NCBI GenBank assembly: GCA_964480945.1
Contig: CAYZRX010000002.1
Location: 5,009-69,008 of the forward strand
DNA from: an uncultured Ignavibacteriaceae bacterium
GTDB taxonomy: Bacteria; Bacteroidota; Ignavibacteria; UBA10030
DNA length: 64,000 nucleotides
Direction of reading: 5' to 3'
Shown: piece after piece, positions 19,754 through 28,897 of the stretch
How the letters are laid out: every line of letters begins with the position of its first letter
Position numbering within the stretch: position 1 is the stretch's first letter
Made by a program: the position numbers and the translations under genes
Notes under the pieces: generated by a model
Told to the model about the DNA's origin: nothing
Seen by the model: the letters and a program-made list of their open reading frames with translations, nothing else
Database searches by the model: none

Positions 19754-20308
19754 TCATGGTTTCGATTTGACTTGGAGGATCAGGACGGTCGTTTGACCGA
19801 AGGGCTTCCGGAGGATATCGTACATCGCTGTGGAGAGCTCAATCTGCGATTCCTTGCTATGCTCCATGACGACATAGGATCCGTTTCTGACCACGGGGGA
19901 CTGGTAGATCGAGGTCGGGAGAGACCCGATTTCCTCGAGGCGATAGGGTGGATCCACAAACACGAGGTCGAAGCTCCTCCTCGTGTTCTTCAGAAACCAA
20001 AACACCTCGGCCGGATAGACGGTGCACTGGGGGCGGCAGCCGAGGGTGTCGATGTTTTTCTCCAGGATCTGGATCGATCCTCTCGCCTTGTCGACGAAGA
20101 CGACGTGCCGCGCGCCGCGGCTCAACGCCTCAAGGCCGAGACTCCCGCTGCCGGCGAAAAGGTCAAGAACCTCGATGCCCTCCAGGTCCAGGCGGTGGGA
20201 GACCATGTCGAAGATGGACTGCTTTGTCCGATCCGTCGTCGGACGCACGGAACGATCGCGTGCGCTCAGGAGCCTTCGTCCACGGAACTGCCCGGCGATG
20301 ATCCTCAT
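19754..20308 (-). CDS. rsmD: 16S rRNA (guanine966-N2)-methyltransferase
   Basis: MRIIAGQFRGRRL. LDLFAGSGSLGLEALSRGA. VFVDPPY (DPPY motif). Conserved rsmD-coaD linkage. Confidence 0.8.
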   Translation of the reverse strand: MRIIAGQFRGRRLLSARDRSVRPTTDRTKQSIFDMVSHRLDLEGIEVLDLFAGSGSLGLEALSRGARHVVFVDKARGSIQILEKNIDTLGCRPQCTVYPAEVFWFLKNTRRSFDLVFVDPPYRLEEIGSLPTSIYQSPVVRNGSYVVMEHSKESQIELSTAMYDILRKPFGQTTVLILQVKSKP

Positions 20309-21219
20309 TGCGATCGCAACGCCAACCCGATAGCGGCGGCGAACCGGGAGCTCTCCTTTACGTACGGTTCGTAGAGCTTCTTCGATGGGGAAAGATTCCG
20401 CACTGCGTTCAACAACAGCGTCTCGACCCCCGTTTCGCGTTGCACCTGTGATGCGGCCGCTGAGGAGACACCGACTCCGTACAGGAAGATCTTCGCGGGC
20501 GCTTCCAAACCGTCCTTTTCTTTGAGAAATCTGAGGTAGGCCACGGCGGTCTTTTTCAGCTCGTTCGAGGATTCGAGAGGATACGTGCGATAGTCCACGA
20601 GCTCTCCGCGCGCGAGGAGGCTTCCGTCGAGTCGGCCGGACCGCATTCCAAAGAGAGCGAGGTTGTCTTTTCCCAGTTCAGGGTAATTGAAGCGGAGAGA
20701 TTTCTCCGTGCTGAACTGGTCGATGTCGATCAGGTGCAGCTGGAGCCGCAGCTCGGTGACGGCCTTTTTCAGGAAGCCGATGATCCCTCGACGGACGGAA
20801 ATCAGCAGCATCCGCTTTGTCTTGCCTGCTCCCCACGGAAGGGGATGGAAATTGAGCAGGAAGTCTTTGAGGGGGGCGTTGGGATGGTATTGTTCGAACT
20901 CCCACTGCATGTAGGAAGTAAGCTCGTTCCCCTGGAGCGTTGCGTCGACCGGTATGATGTTGATGAACACCGGATCGGTCGGGAGGGCGAAAGAGATCTG
21001 CTTGCCGTGAACGCGGTTCTGCTTCATCAGTTCCTCCAGTTCGTACACAAACGTGTAGAGCTGGGGGTGGTTCGCGGAGATGGCTGTTGCGTGCGCGAAG
21101 TCCAGGGAGCTGGACCGTTCGCCGAGGGCGACGACGGACATCTTTTTTCCGTGCTCGACCTCAGCCAGCTGGAACTGTCCGCTGCAGAACGAGACCGCGA
21201 CGTGATGGGATGATTTCAT
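20305..21219 (-). CDS. hypothetical protein, possibly PilM/FtsA-like actin-fold protein
   Basis: 304 aa. C-terminal ...FLYGVGVS...NAVRNL...AAAIGLALRS resembles the PilM C-terminus. No Walker motifs. 4-nt overlap with the rsmD stop. Confidence 0.35.
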   Translation of the reverse strand: MKSSHHVAVSFCSGQFQLAEVEHGKKMSVVALGERSSSLDFAHATAISANHPQLYTFVYELEELMKQNRVHGKQISFALPTDPVFINIIPVDATLQGNELTSYMQWEFEQYHPNAPLKDFLLNFHPLPWGAGKTKRMLLISVRRGIIGFLKKAVTELRLQLHLIDIDQFSTEKSLRFNYPELGKDNLALFGMRSGRLDGSLLARGELVDYRTYPLESSNELKKTAVAYLRFLKEKDGLEAPAKIFLYGVGVSSAAASQVQRETGVETLLLNAVRNLSPSKKLYEPYVKESSRFAAAIGLALRSQ

Positions 21220-21312
21220 GGCATGACCCCGGGTTCAAATGTGTGGCTCGAAGTCGCTCGCCGCGGGACGCCGTGCAACTGTTCCGCCTTAGCCCCTTGA
21301 CAGGAATGGCCG

Positions 21313-21729
21313 CTAATAGACGGTCAGGAACGGTTTGAGCTTTTCGAGCTTTTTCTTGCTGATCCCCTTCACATTTCCCAGATCGTCGAGCGTCTTGAAA
21401 TCCCCGACGTCCTTTCGGTACGCAAGGATCCTCGCGGCGGTCACTTCGCCGATTCCGGGCACGTTCATCAGCTCCTTCTTCGTTGCCGTGTTAAGGTTCA
21501 CGAGGCCGGCCGAGTTTTCGTCTCCGGCAAGTGTGGTGTCGGCAACGATCGATTCGCTGAGCGCCGCGAAGGTGCTGTCCGTCGACCGATAGTCAAACGG
21601 CTGTGACGATGGAAACGTCTCCCTGTACAACCGAATCCCCGCCCCGATGAGAAACGTCGCCACGAGAAACAAGATGACCCGCTGTTCCGTGACGGTAAGT
21701 GCGAGCCAGTTCTTCAAGCGCTGGAACAT
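21313..21729 (-). CDS. comEA: ComEA-family helix-hairpin-helix DNA-binding protein
   Basis: N-terminal TM segment. C-terminal VNLNTATKKELMNVPGIGEVTAARILAYR HhH motif. Confidence 0.7.
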   Translation of the reverse strand: MFQRLKNWLALTVTEQRVILFLVATFLIGAGIRLYRETFPSSQPFDYRSTDSTFAALSESIVADTTLAGDENSAGLVNLNTATKKELMNVPGIGEVTAARILAYRKDVGDFKTLDDLGNVKGISKKKLEKLKPFLTVY

Positions 21730-21735
21730 TCGGTT

Positions 21736-22908
21736 CTAGGAGAACGCGTCCTTTACCTTTTCAAAGAAACTCCTGGAATGGCCGTGCCGTTCTACCTCGT
21801 TCGGGGTGATGTGCTCAGACTCCCCGAGCTTCCTGAGGAGCTCTTTCTCGTCTGGGTTCAGCTTGGCGGGGACCCATATGTTGATCCTGACGAGCTGATC
21901 CCCCCGGCCGTGGCTGTTCAAATGGGGGATTCCGCGGTCTCGCATCCTCAGCAGCCGGCCGGCAGGAGTGCCGGGATCGATCGTCAGTTTCGCCTTGCCG
22001 GTGAGCGTCGGAATCTCGATTTCGCCGCCCAGCGCCGCCACGGGATAGCTGACGTTGAGATCATAAATGATGTCGTCACCGCTCCGGGTGAAGTACTGAT
22101 GCGGCTGCTCCTCAATCAGGACGATCAGGTCACCCGGCGGACCTCCTCTCTGGCCCGCGTTGCCCTGCCCGTGCAACGGGATGTAGTTGCCGTCGGTGAC
22201 ACCCGCGGGGACGTTCACTTTGATCGTCGTTTCGCCCGGCACGCGCCCTTCACCGCGACAGTTCGAGCACGGATCCTTGACGACGCGCCCCTCGCCGCCG
22301 CACGTCGGACACGCCGTGATGTTCACGAATTGCCCGAACATCGAGCGCGAAACCTGGCGCAACTCGCCCGTCCCGTTACACTGAGGGCACGTCGAGGAGC
22401 CCGTTCCGGGTCTTGACCCTGTCCCCTTACAGACGTCGCAGACCTTCTGCTTTCTGACTTTGATCTTCTTCTCGACGCCGAGCGCAATTTCCTCGAGCGT
22501 GAGCTGCAGCTTTACCTGGAGGTCCGAGCCCGGGATGCCCCGCTGGGCTCTGGATGATCGCCGGCTACGAGTTGAGGTTCCGAACATCTCGTCGAAAATG
22601 CCGCCGCCGAAACCGCTTCCGAAGATGTCACTGAACGTTGAAAAGATGTCGTTGATGTCGTGGAACTCGCGGTAGTTGGTGCCGCGCATGCCCTCGTGCC
22701 CGAACTGGTCGTACCGGCGCCGCTTCTCCGGCTCGCCCAGGACTTCGTACGCCTCTGCCGCCTCTTTGAATTTCTCTTCGGCCTCCTTGTTGCCCGGGTT
22801 GCGGTCAGGATGATACTTGAGAGCCATCTGGCGGTACGCTTTCTTGATCTCATCCTGTGAGGCGTTGCGGGAGACGCCGAGTATGTCGTAATAGTCCCGT
22901 TTCGTCAT
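21736..22908 (-). CDS. dnaJ: molecular chaperone DnaJ
   Basis: J-domain DYYDILGV...[10 protein letters not shown] region. Four CxxCxGxG zinc-finger repeats. 390 aa. Confidence 0.92.
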   Translation of the reverse strand: MTKRDYYDILGVSRNASQDEIKKAYRQMALKYHPDRNPGNKEAEEKFKEAAEAYEVLGEPEKRRRYDQFGHEGMRGTNYREFHDINDIFSTFSDIFGSGFGGGIFDEMFGTSTRSRRSSRAQRGIPGSDLQVKLQLTLEEIALGVEKKIKVRKQKVCDVCKGTGSRPGTGSSTCPQCNGTGELRQVSRSMFGQFVNITACPTCGGEGRVVKDPCSNCRGEGRVPGETTIKVNVPAGVTDGNYIPLHGQGNAGQRGGPPGDLIVLIEEQPHQYFTRSGDDIIYDLNVSYPVAALGGEIEIPTLTGKAKLTIDPGTPAGRLLRMRDRGIPHLNSHGRGDQLVRINIWVPAKLNPDEKELLRKLGESEHITPNEVERHGHSRSFFEKVKDAFS

Positions 22909-22914
22909 AGCGGG

Positions 22915-23547
22915 CTACGTTGTCGGCTTTCCGCTCGTCTCACCTTTCGCACTCGCCGGCCTCTCTTTGCCGGATCCTTCGACATTCCCGTGCTCGGTCG
23001 GAGGCATCGAGACGATCACTTTGGCGTGACGGAGGACGCGATCATCGAGCGTATATCCTCTCTCCACGACCTCGACGACCGTATGCGGGGGAACGTCATT
23101 GCGAGGGATTTGGAGAAGTGCGTCGTGGTAGTGAACGTCGAATTCTTTGCCGAGAGAGTCGATCTGCCTGACGCCCTGCATCTCCAGGAACTTCAAGAGC
23201 TTCAGGTGGATAAGTTCGATCCCCTTGACGAACGCCTCCGATTCCCTTCGATCCTTGCTCAGCTTCAACGAACGCTCAAAGTCGTCGACGATCGGCAGGA
23301 GCTCCTCGATGACATCGGCCTTGGCGTATCGTGTCGCCGAGGTCGATTCATTCTCGGCCCGCTTCTTGAAATTGTCGAACTCGGCAGCTTTCCGCAGCAG
23401 AAGATCCTTGTAGTACTCAACCTGCTTCTCAGCTTCTGCCAGTCTCTGAGCCTGGTCTTCGGAGGGCTGAATGCTCGGAGTTTCCACGGGCAGCTGCTCG
23501 GGTTGTTTCTGCTCAGCTTGATTTGGTGCTTGTTCCTGTTCTTCCAT
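22915..23547 (-). CDS. grpE: nucleotide exchange factor GrpE
   Basis: YYKDLLLRKAAEFDNFKKR. C-terminal GYTLDDRVLRHAKV. 210 aa. Confidence 0.88.
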   Translation of the reverse strand: MEEQEQAPNQAEQKQPEQLPVETPSIQPSEDQAQRLAEAEKQVEYYKDLLLRKAAEFDNFKKRAENESTSATRYAKADVIEELLPIVDDFERSLKLSKDRRESEAFVKGIELIHLKLLKFLEMQGVRQIDSLGKEFDVHYHDALLQIPRNDVPPHTVVEVVERGYTLDDRVLRHAKVIVSMPPTEHGNVEGSGKERPASAKGETSGKPTT

Positions 23548-23580
23548 ATTCTGAGAAATCTCGCTTGTTCGTTGTCCGAT

Positions 23581-24627
23581 TCACGCTTTCATCATCCGGG
23601 CGATCAGTTTGGCGACATGGTCAACCAACGGGATCAACTTTCCGTAGTCCATCCTCGTGGGTCCGATGATACCGACCCTCCCGGTGATGCCCTCGAGATC
23701 ATAGGTCGCCGACACAACACTGTATTCTCTTGCCTTCGAGTCTTTGTTTTCCTCTCCGATCGTGATCACGAAGTTCTTGTCCAGCTCCTCGTGCTTTTCG
23801 AGCAAATGGACAATGATGTCGTCGTTTTCAATGAGCTCGATGATGCTCCGGAAGTTCCTCGGGTCGATGAATTCAGGCTGCTCGATGATGTTCTGCGTCC
23901 CGGAAATATGGACTTTGTCACGGTCCTTCATATCATCGAACAATTGATCGACGGAGTCGATGAAGAGCCGGATCAGGCCGGTCCGCTCGTCCTGAACGTC
24001 TCGAGTCCGCTCGATAAACGTGTCACGAATCTCGCGGAGTGTCAACCCCGACAGTCGTTCGTTCAGGACTCGGCTGATATGCTCGAGATACTCGCGTTTG
24101 ATTTCGACGCCGACTTCCAGCATCAGGGTTTTCACAAGCCCGGAGCGAATCGAGATGACGACCAGCAATTTCGACGACGCGATCGGGATCAGCTCGAGCT
24201 TCTCAAAAACCCCGCTGCTGATGTGCGGTGATGAGACCACGCTGAGCTGCTTCGAAATTTTCCCCAGCAGTTTGGAGGTCTCGCGCAACAGTGAATCGGG
24301 GTCTGCCATTGTGGCAAGTTGCTGCTCGATCTCGACCTTCTCCCGCTCCGTGAGCTTCTGCATCTCCATCAGGAAATCGATGTAGTAGCGGTACCCAAGG
24401 TCCGTCGGCACCCGGCCGGCAGATGTGTGCGGGTGCGAGAGGTAGCCGAGATCCTCCAGGTCCGCCATAACGTTGCGGATTGTGGCGGGACTGAGCTGTG
24501 ACTCAAAGTGTCTGGAGATATAGCGAGATCCTACGGGGACGGCAGTCTGGATGAAATTGTAGACGACGTGCCGCAGGATGTCGCGCTCCCTGCCGTTCAA
24601 ACCTTCCGTTTTTGGTTGGCTGATCAT
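23581..24627 (-). CDS. hrcA: heat-inducible transcription repressor HrcA
   Basis: N-terminal RERDILRHVVYNFIQTAVPVGSRYIS winged helix. ATIRNVMADLEDLGYL. 348 aa. Confidence 0.9.
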   Translation of the reverse strand: MISQPKTEGLNGRERDILRHVVYNFIQTAVPVGSRYISRHFESQLSPATIRNVMADLEDLGYLSHPHTSAGRVPTDLGYRYYIDFLMEMQKLTEREKVEIEQQLATMADPDSLLRETSKLLGKISKQLSVVSSPHISSGVFEKLELIPIASSKLLVVISIRSGLVKTLMLEVGVEIKREYLEHISRVLNERLSGLTLREIRDTFIERTRDVQDERTGLIRLFIDSVDQLFDDMKDRDKVHISGTQNIIEQPEFIDPRNFRSIIELIENDDIIVHLLEKHEELDKNFVITIGEENKDSKAREYSVVSATYDLEGITGRVGIIGPTRMDYGKLIPLVDHVAKLIARMMKA

Positions 24628-25005
24628 CTCAAAAAACGCCTGATTTTCCGTTTAAAAATAAGACTTTTTGCATAGGTTGTCAAGGAAGCAGTTCTCGAAT
24701 GATCCAACGCTTCAGGATGGAATCGCGTTTCGATGATCTGAGGCGTCCTGGCAGCTAAAATGTCGCGCGACTCCCCGACGACACCACGAAATTGTCTTGA
24801 AGGGCCGTGTGCCTGCACGCACTCTGGACCGAGCGAGATCGACGACTTCCCTCCGACAGAGGATGCCGTGACGAATGCACATTGTCGTGCTTTGCAGACG
24901 ACGAAACCGTTCTGCAGTCCGGCGATCAGGTTGCATCGACGTTCATTTCTTGCTATCTTCATTGCCGCAGAGAGTGTTTCCTACCAGAAGGGTGAGAGGA
25001 GTTCG

Positions 25006-26151
25006 TTGGTCGCAAAGCTTGCTCTTGAAAACGGGACCGTCTTCACGGGAGAGAGCTTCGGAGCCTCGGCTGAAGTCACCGGTGAAGTCGTTTTCAATAC
25101 GAGCATGACCGGATATCAGGAGATCCTCACCGATCCGTCCTACGCCGGCCAGATTGTAACGATGACCTACCCTCTCATCGGCAACTACGGCGTCAATCTC
25201 CAGGATCTCGAATCGACAAAACCTCAAGTCGCCGGCTTCGTGGTGAGGGAATATTTCGACTTCTACAGCAACTTCCGGGCGACCGGCAGTCTCGGAGACT
25301 GGCTCGCGAAGCACAATATCGTTGCCGTCCAGGGGATCGATACCCGCATGCTTACGAAGATCATCAGGACCGTCGGAGCAATGCGCGGGATCATTTCGAC
25401 TCTCGATCTCGACGACGAAAGCCTGGTCCGAAAGGCGAAGCGGTCACCTGAAATGACCGGGCTGGACCTTGCAAAGGTTGTCACCACGCCTGAGCCTTAC
25501 GGGTGGGAAGAGGTGGACAGGACACCATTTGCCTTGAAACCCGATTCGAAATCAAGGCTCAACGGGAGGCGATGGGAGGTCGTGGTGTACGATTACGGCG
25601 TGAAACACAACATCTTGAGGCGCCTGACGTCCTACAACTGCAAACTGACTGTAGTCCCGGCGTCGTTTCCGGCCGAGCGGCTGCTCGGAATGGACCCGGA
25701 TGGGGTCTTTCTCTCGAATGGTCCAGGCGATCCGGCGGCGGTCCGGTATGGGATCCAAAACATCAAGAAGCTCATCGGAAAGAAGCCGATTTTCGGCATT
25801 TGTCTTGGCCACCAGTTGCTCGCCCTTGCACTCGGCGGGAGGACTTTCAAGCTGAAATTCGGGCATCGGGGCGCGAACCATCCCGTGAAGAACCTGCTGA
25901 CGAACGATATCGAGATCACTTCTCAGAACCACGGATTTGCCGTGGACCCCCAATCGCTCGACCAGAAGACGATTGAAATTACCCATCTCAACCTTAACGA
26001 TGGCACCAACGAAGGACTGCGCCATCGGGACCTGCCAATCTTCAGCGTCCAGTATCACCCCGAGGCATCGCCCGGACCCCACGACAGCGACTATCTCTTC
26101 GCTCAGTTCATTGAGTTGATGGAACGAGAGCGCGTGGCCGTCGCCAAATAG
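25006..26151 (+). CDS. carA: carbamoyl-phosphate synthase small (glutaminase) subunit
   Basis: [21 protein letters not shown]-terminus. GATase catalytic [18 protein letters not shown] start at 25006 preceded by GAGGAG. The track ORF extends upstream without a better start. Confidence 0.9.
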   Translation: MVAKLALENGTVFTGESFGASAEVTGEVVFNTSMTGYQEILTDPSYAGQIVTMTYPLIGNYGVNLQDLESTKPQVAGFVVREYFDFYSNFRATGSLGDWLAKHNIVAVQGIDTRMLTKIIRTVGAMRGIISTLDLDDESLVRKAKRSPEMTGLDLAKVVTTPEPYGWEEVDRTPFALKPDSKSRLNGRRWEVVVYDYGVKHNILRRLTSYNCKLTVVPASFPAERLLGMDPDGVFLSNGPGDPAAVRYGIQNIKKLIGKKPIFGICLGHQLLALALGGRTFKLKFGHRGANHPVKNLLTNDIEITSQNHGFAVDPQSLDQKTIEITHLNLNDGTNEGLRHRDLPIFSVQYHPEASPGPHDSDYLFAQFIELMERERVAVAK

Positions 26152-26210
26152 AAAACCCTCCGGTCGCGGAGGGTTCTGCTTCATCTTTGCTGCCTGCCTC
26201 CAAGCCGTCG

Positions 26211-27350
26211 TCACTTCAATTTTCTATACTTTTTTAAAAGATCTTTCACCTTCTCAATCGGCAATGCCTCGATCTCTCGACCGCCGTACCCCTTCACGGA
26301 TGTCGCTTTCAACAGCGAGTTGTAGATTGATTCCTCCGTGGCTTCGACGACAGCCTGAAACAAGGGTGACATGTCATCCTCGCCCAATCGTGGGACCTGC
26401 TGCATCTTATTCGCATCGATGCGAATACGGATCTCCTCGGCCGTTGAAAACGCGATAACGTAGTCGCCGCTGCCGTTGCTCATCGACGAGCCTGTTCTGC
26501 CGAGTGCGAGCGTCGCACGTTTTGCCAGCCGTTTCAACTGGTGGCTGTTCAACGGCGCGTTGGTCGCGATGACCATCATGCAGGAGCCGTCCCCGGGATA
26601 GTTCAACTGATTGCGAAAGCTGTATCGTCCAAGCTCTTTGCCGATGGGGACGCCTGCGATGTCCAGCACGCCGCCGTAGTTGGTTTGTACCAACACTCCG
26701 ACGGAGAATCCGCCGAGTGAAGGAGGCAGCACCCTGGAACTCGTTCCGATCCCGCCCTTCCATCCGAAACATATTGTGCCTGCACCTGCGCCGACGCACC
26801 CCTCCGCGACGGGGCCGGAGGTTGCGGAGCGGATCGCCTCGACGGCATGCTCACGTTTGACGTGTCTCCCGCGGATGTCGTTGAGTCCGCCGTCATTCGT
26901 CTCCCCCACGACCGGGTTGATGGATCGGACGTTCTCATTGCCATGCAGCGCCAGCATGTAGTCGACGATTCCATCTGCAACGTCCCATACGCTGAGGGTG
27001 TTGGTGAGAAGGATCGGCGTCTCAATCTGACCCAGCTCCTCCACCTGTGTCACGCCCAGCAGCTTGCCGAAACCGTTGCCGACGTAAACCGCTGTCGGCA
27101 CTTTTTCGCGGAACAGGTTTCCGCCGTGCGGTAGGATGGCAGTGACGCCGGTCCGAACGTCTTCGCCTTCATTCAGCGTGACCTGGCCCACCCGGACGCC
27201 CGGGACATCGGTGATAGCGTTCAGCGTTCCGGTTCGGAAGATGCCGACTTCAACGCCGAGGTCCCTCAGGCGCGGTCGGTCACTGGATTGGGCGAGAAGA
27301 AGGGAAAGGGGGGAGAGGAGAGTTATGAAGACGTACACGGCATATCTCAT
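26211..27350 (-). CDS. secreted P1/DmpA-family (S58) aminopeptidase
   Basis: Signal peptide. GVGAGAGTICFGWKGGIGTSSR autoproteolytic Gly-Ser/Thr region typical of the DmpA/ArgJ-like fold. Confidence 0.75.
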   Translation of the reverse strand: MRYAVYVFITLLSPLSLLLAQSSDRPRLRDLGVEVGIFRTGTLNAITDVPGVRVGQVTLNEGEDVRTGVTAILPHGGNLFREKVPTAVYVGNGFGKLLGVTQVEELGQIETPILLTNTLSVWDVADGIVDYMLALHGNENVRSINPVVGETNDGGLNDIRGRHVKREHAVEAIRSATSGPVAEGCVGAGAGTICFGWKGGIGTSSRVLPPSLGGFSVGVLVQTNYGGVLDIAGVPIGKELGRYSFRNQLNYPGDGSCMMVIATNAPLNSHQLKRLAKRATLALGRTGSSMSNGSGDYVIAFSTAEEIRIRIDANKMQQVPRLGEDDMSPLFQAVVEATEESIYNSLLKATSVKGYGGREIEALPIEKVKDLLKKYRKLK

Positions 27351-27432
27351 GGCTGGCTCCGACTTGTGAGTATGAGAACGAAAGCGAGCGGGGGCGGTTC
27401 GAGCGACTGTGCGGAGATCGTTGCTTCCTGCG

Positions 27433-28668
27433 TTATGAACCTGCCTGCAGCTCCTTCGCTCTTCGTTCGATCTCCGACCAGACCCGAAGCAGGTTCCCGC
27501 CGCAGATTTTCTGAATGTCCTTGTCGGAATAGCCGCGCTTCAGCAGCTCCTCAATGAGATTCGGATATTGGGAGACATCCTTCAGGCCGATGGGGAGCGT
27601 GGGCCCAACGCCTTCAAAATCCGAGCCCAGGCCGACGTAATCCACACCGACGAGTTTCACGACGTGGTCGATGTGATCGGCGACCTGCGAGACGGTTGCG
27701 AAGGGAATGGCATGCTCAGCCTGGTATTTCCTGATGTACTCCTGTGCTTCCGGGTCGCTGAATTTCAGATTCCTGCTCCGGAAATAAGCCGTGATCTCCT
27801 TTCTCGCTTCGTCCTCACGCTCCCGATAGTCCGAGCTGATGAAGGATGAGCCGAAGGCGATCTGGATGACCCCGCCGTTCTTCGCAAGCAGTTTGATCAT
27901 GTCATCCGACATATTCCGCTCGAAGCCGGGCGTGAAATAACGGCAGGAGGAGTGGGAGGCGATGACGGGGGCTTTCGTGACGTTCATAACATCGTAAAAC
28001 GCGTCATCCGAGATATGCGACACATCCACCATAATGCCGACCCGGTTCATCTCGAGCACGAGGCGGCGGCCGAAAAAGCTCAACCCTTTCCAGACGTGGG
28101 TCGAGTCGTAGGAGGAATCCGAGATGTGGTTGTGCAGCGCGTGCGCCAGCGTAATATAGCGGATCCCGCGGTCATAGAAATACTTGACGTTGTCGAGGTT
28201 ATGCTCGATCGGCGATCCGTTCTCCATGCCCATGCAGAGGGAGATCTTTCCCTTCTTGAACTGCGAGGTGACATCGGCAGGGGAGCGAGCGATAGCGAAT
28301 TTCGATGGCTGATCCTTGGCCAACTGCTCTACCATGTCGATGAGCGTATCTGCGAGTGGTTTTGATGAACCGCCCCGAGCTTCGATCTCGCTCGGAACGT
28401 AGATGGCCATGAAGGGTGCATTCAATCCCCCCGCCTTGGCGCGCACGAAGTCGAAGTCTCCGTCCGGCGTTCTCTGGGAGATGTCCTCCCAGTGCATTTT
28501 CAGCCGATATGGGACGTCGAGGTGGGTGTCGATGATAATGAACCGCTGGGCGAGCTGTTGGGCTTTCGCTTTGAGCGCGCCTTCCTGGGTCGATTGCTGA
28601 GCGACGACAGGGGGAGTGATCAGGAACAGGGCGAGGAGGGGAAGTGGACGAAAGAGTTTACGCATCAC
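27433..28668 (-). CDS. membrane dipeptidase (peptidase family M19)
   Basis: Signal peptide. IIIDTHLDVP zinc-binding motif. ITLAHALHNH. GLGSDFEG. 411 aa. Confidence 0.8.
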   Translation of the reverse strand: MMRKLFRPLPLLALFLITPPVVAQQSTQEGALKAKAQQLAQRFIIIDTHLDVPYRLKMHWEDISQRTPDGDFDFVRAKAGGLNAPFMAIYVPSEIEARGGSSKPLADTLIDMVEQLAKDQPSKFAIARSPADVTSQFKKGKISLCMGMENGSPIEHNLDNVKYFYDRGIRYITLAHALHNHISDSSYDSTHVWKGLSFFGRRLVLEMNRVGIMVDVSHISDDAFYDVMNVTKAPVIASHSSCRYFTPGFERNMSDDMIKLLAKNGGVIQIAFGSSFISSDYREREDEARKEITAYFRSRNLKFSDPEAQEYIRKYQAEHAIPFATVSQVADHIDHVVKLVGVDYVGLGSDFEGVGPTLPIGLKDVSQYPNLIEELLKRGYSDKDIQKICGGNLLRVWSEIERRAKELQAGS

Positions 28669-28897
28669 GATGCCTCGCGAAGATGGTGGATGGAGTTACG
28701 GCTGGTTTTCTGGGAATGAGAATAGCCCATTTGTCGGAAAGATGCAAGCCCCCAGCAGCCTTCCGAAGGTCTCCGCGTACAGCAAGGGGAACCTTCGGAA
28801 GGTTCTCGCGCAAAAAAAATCGGCACGTCCGTTGCCGAACGTGCCGAGACAAAGCATGCAGCTCCATCCCGTCAAGAAACGACAGGATGTCGCTACT

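Noticed and set aside
24628-25005. CIRCE operator upstream of hrcA, and ORF 24624..24962 (112 aa).
   Set aside because: No TTAGCACTC-N9-GAGTGCTAA match. The ORF is R-rich, overlaps hrcA and has no RBS or motifs.
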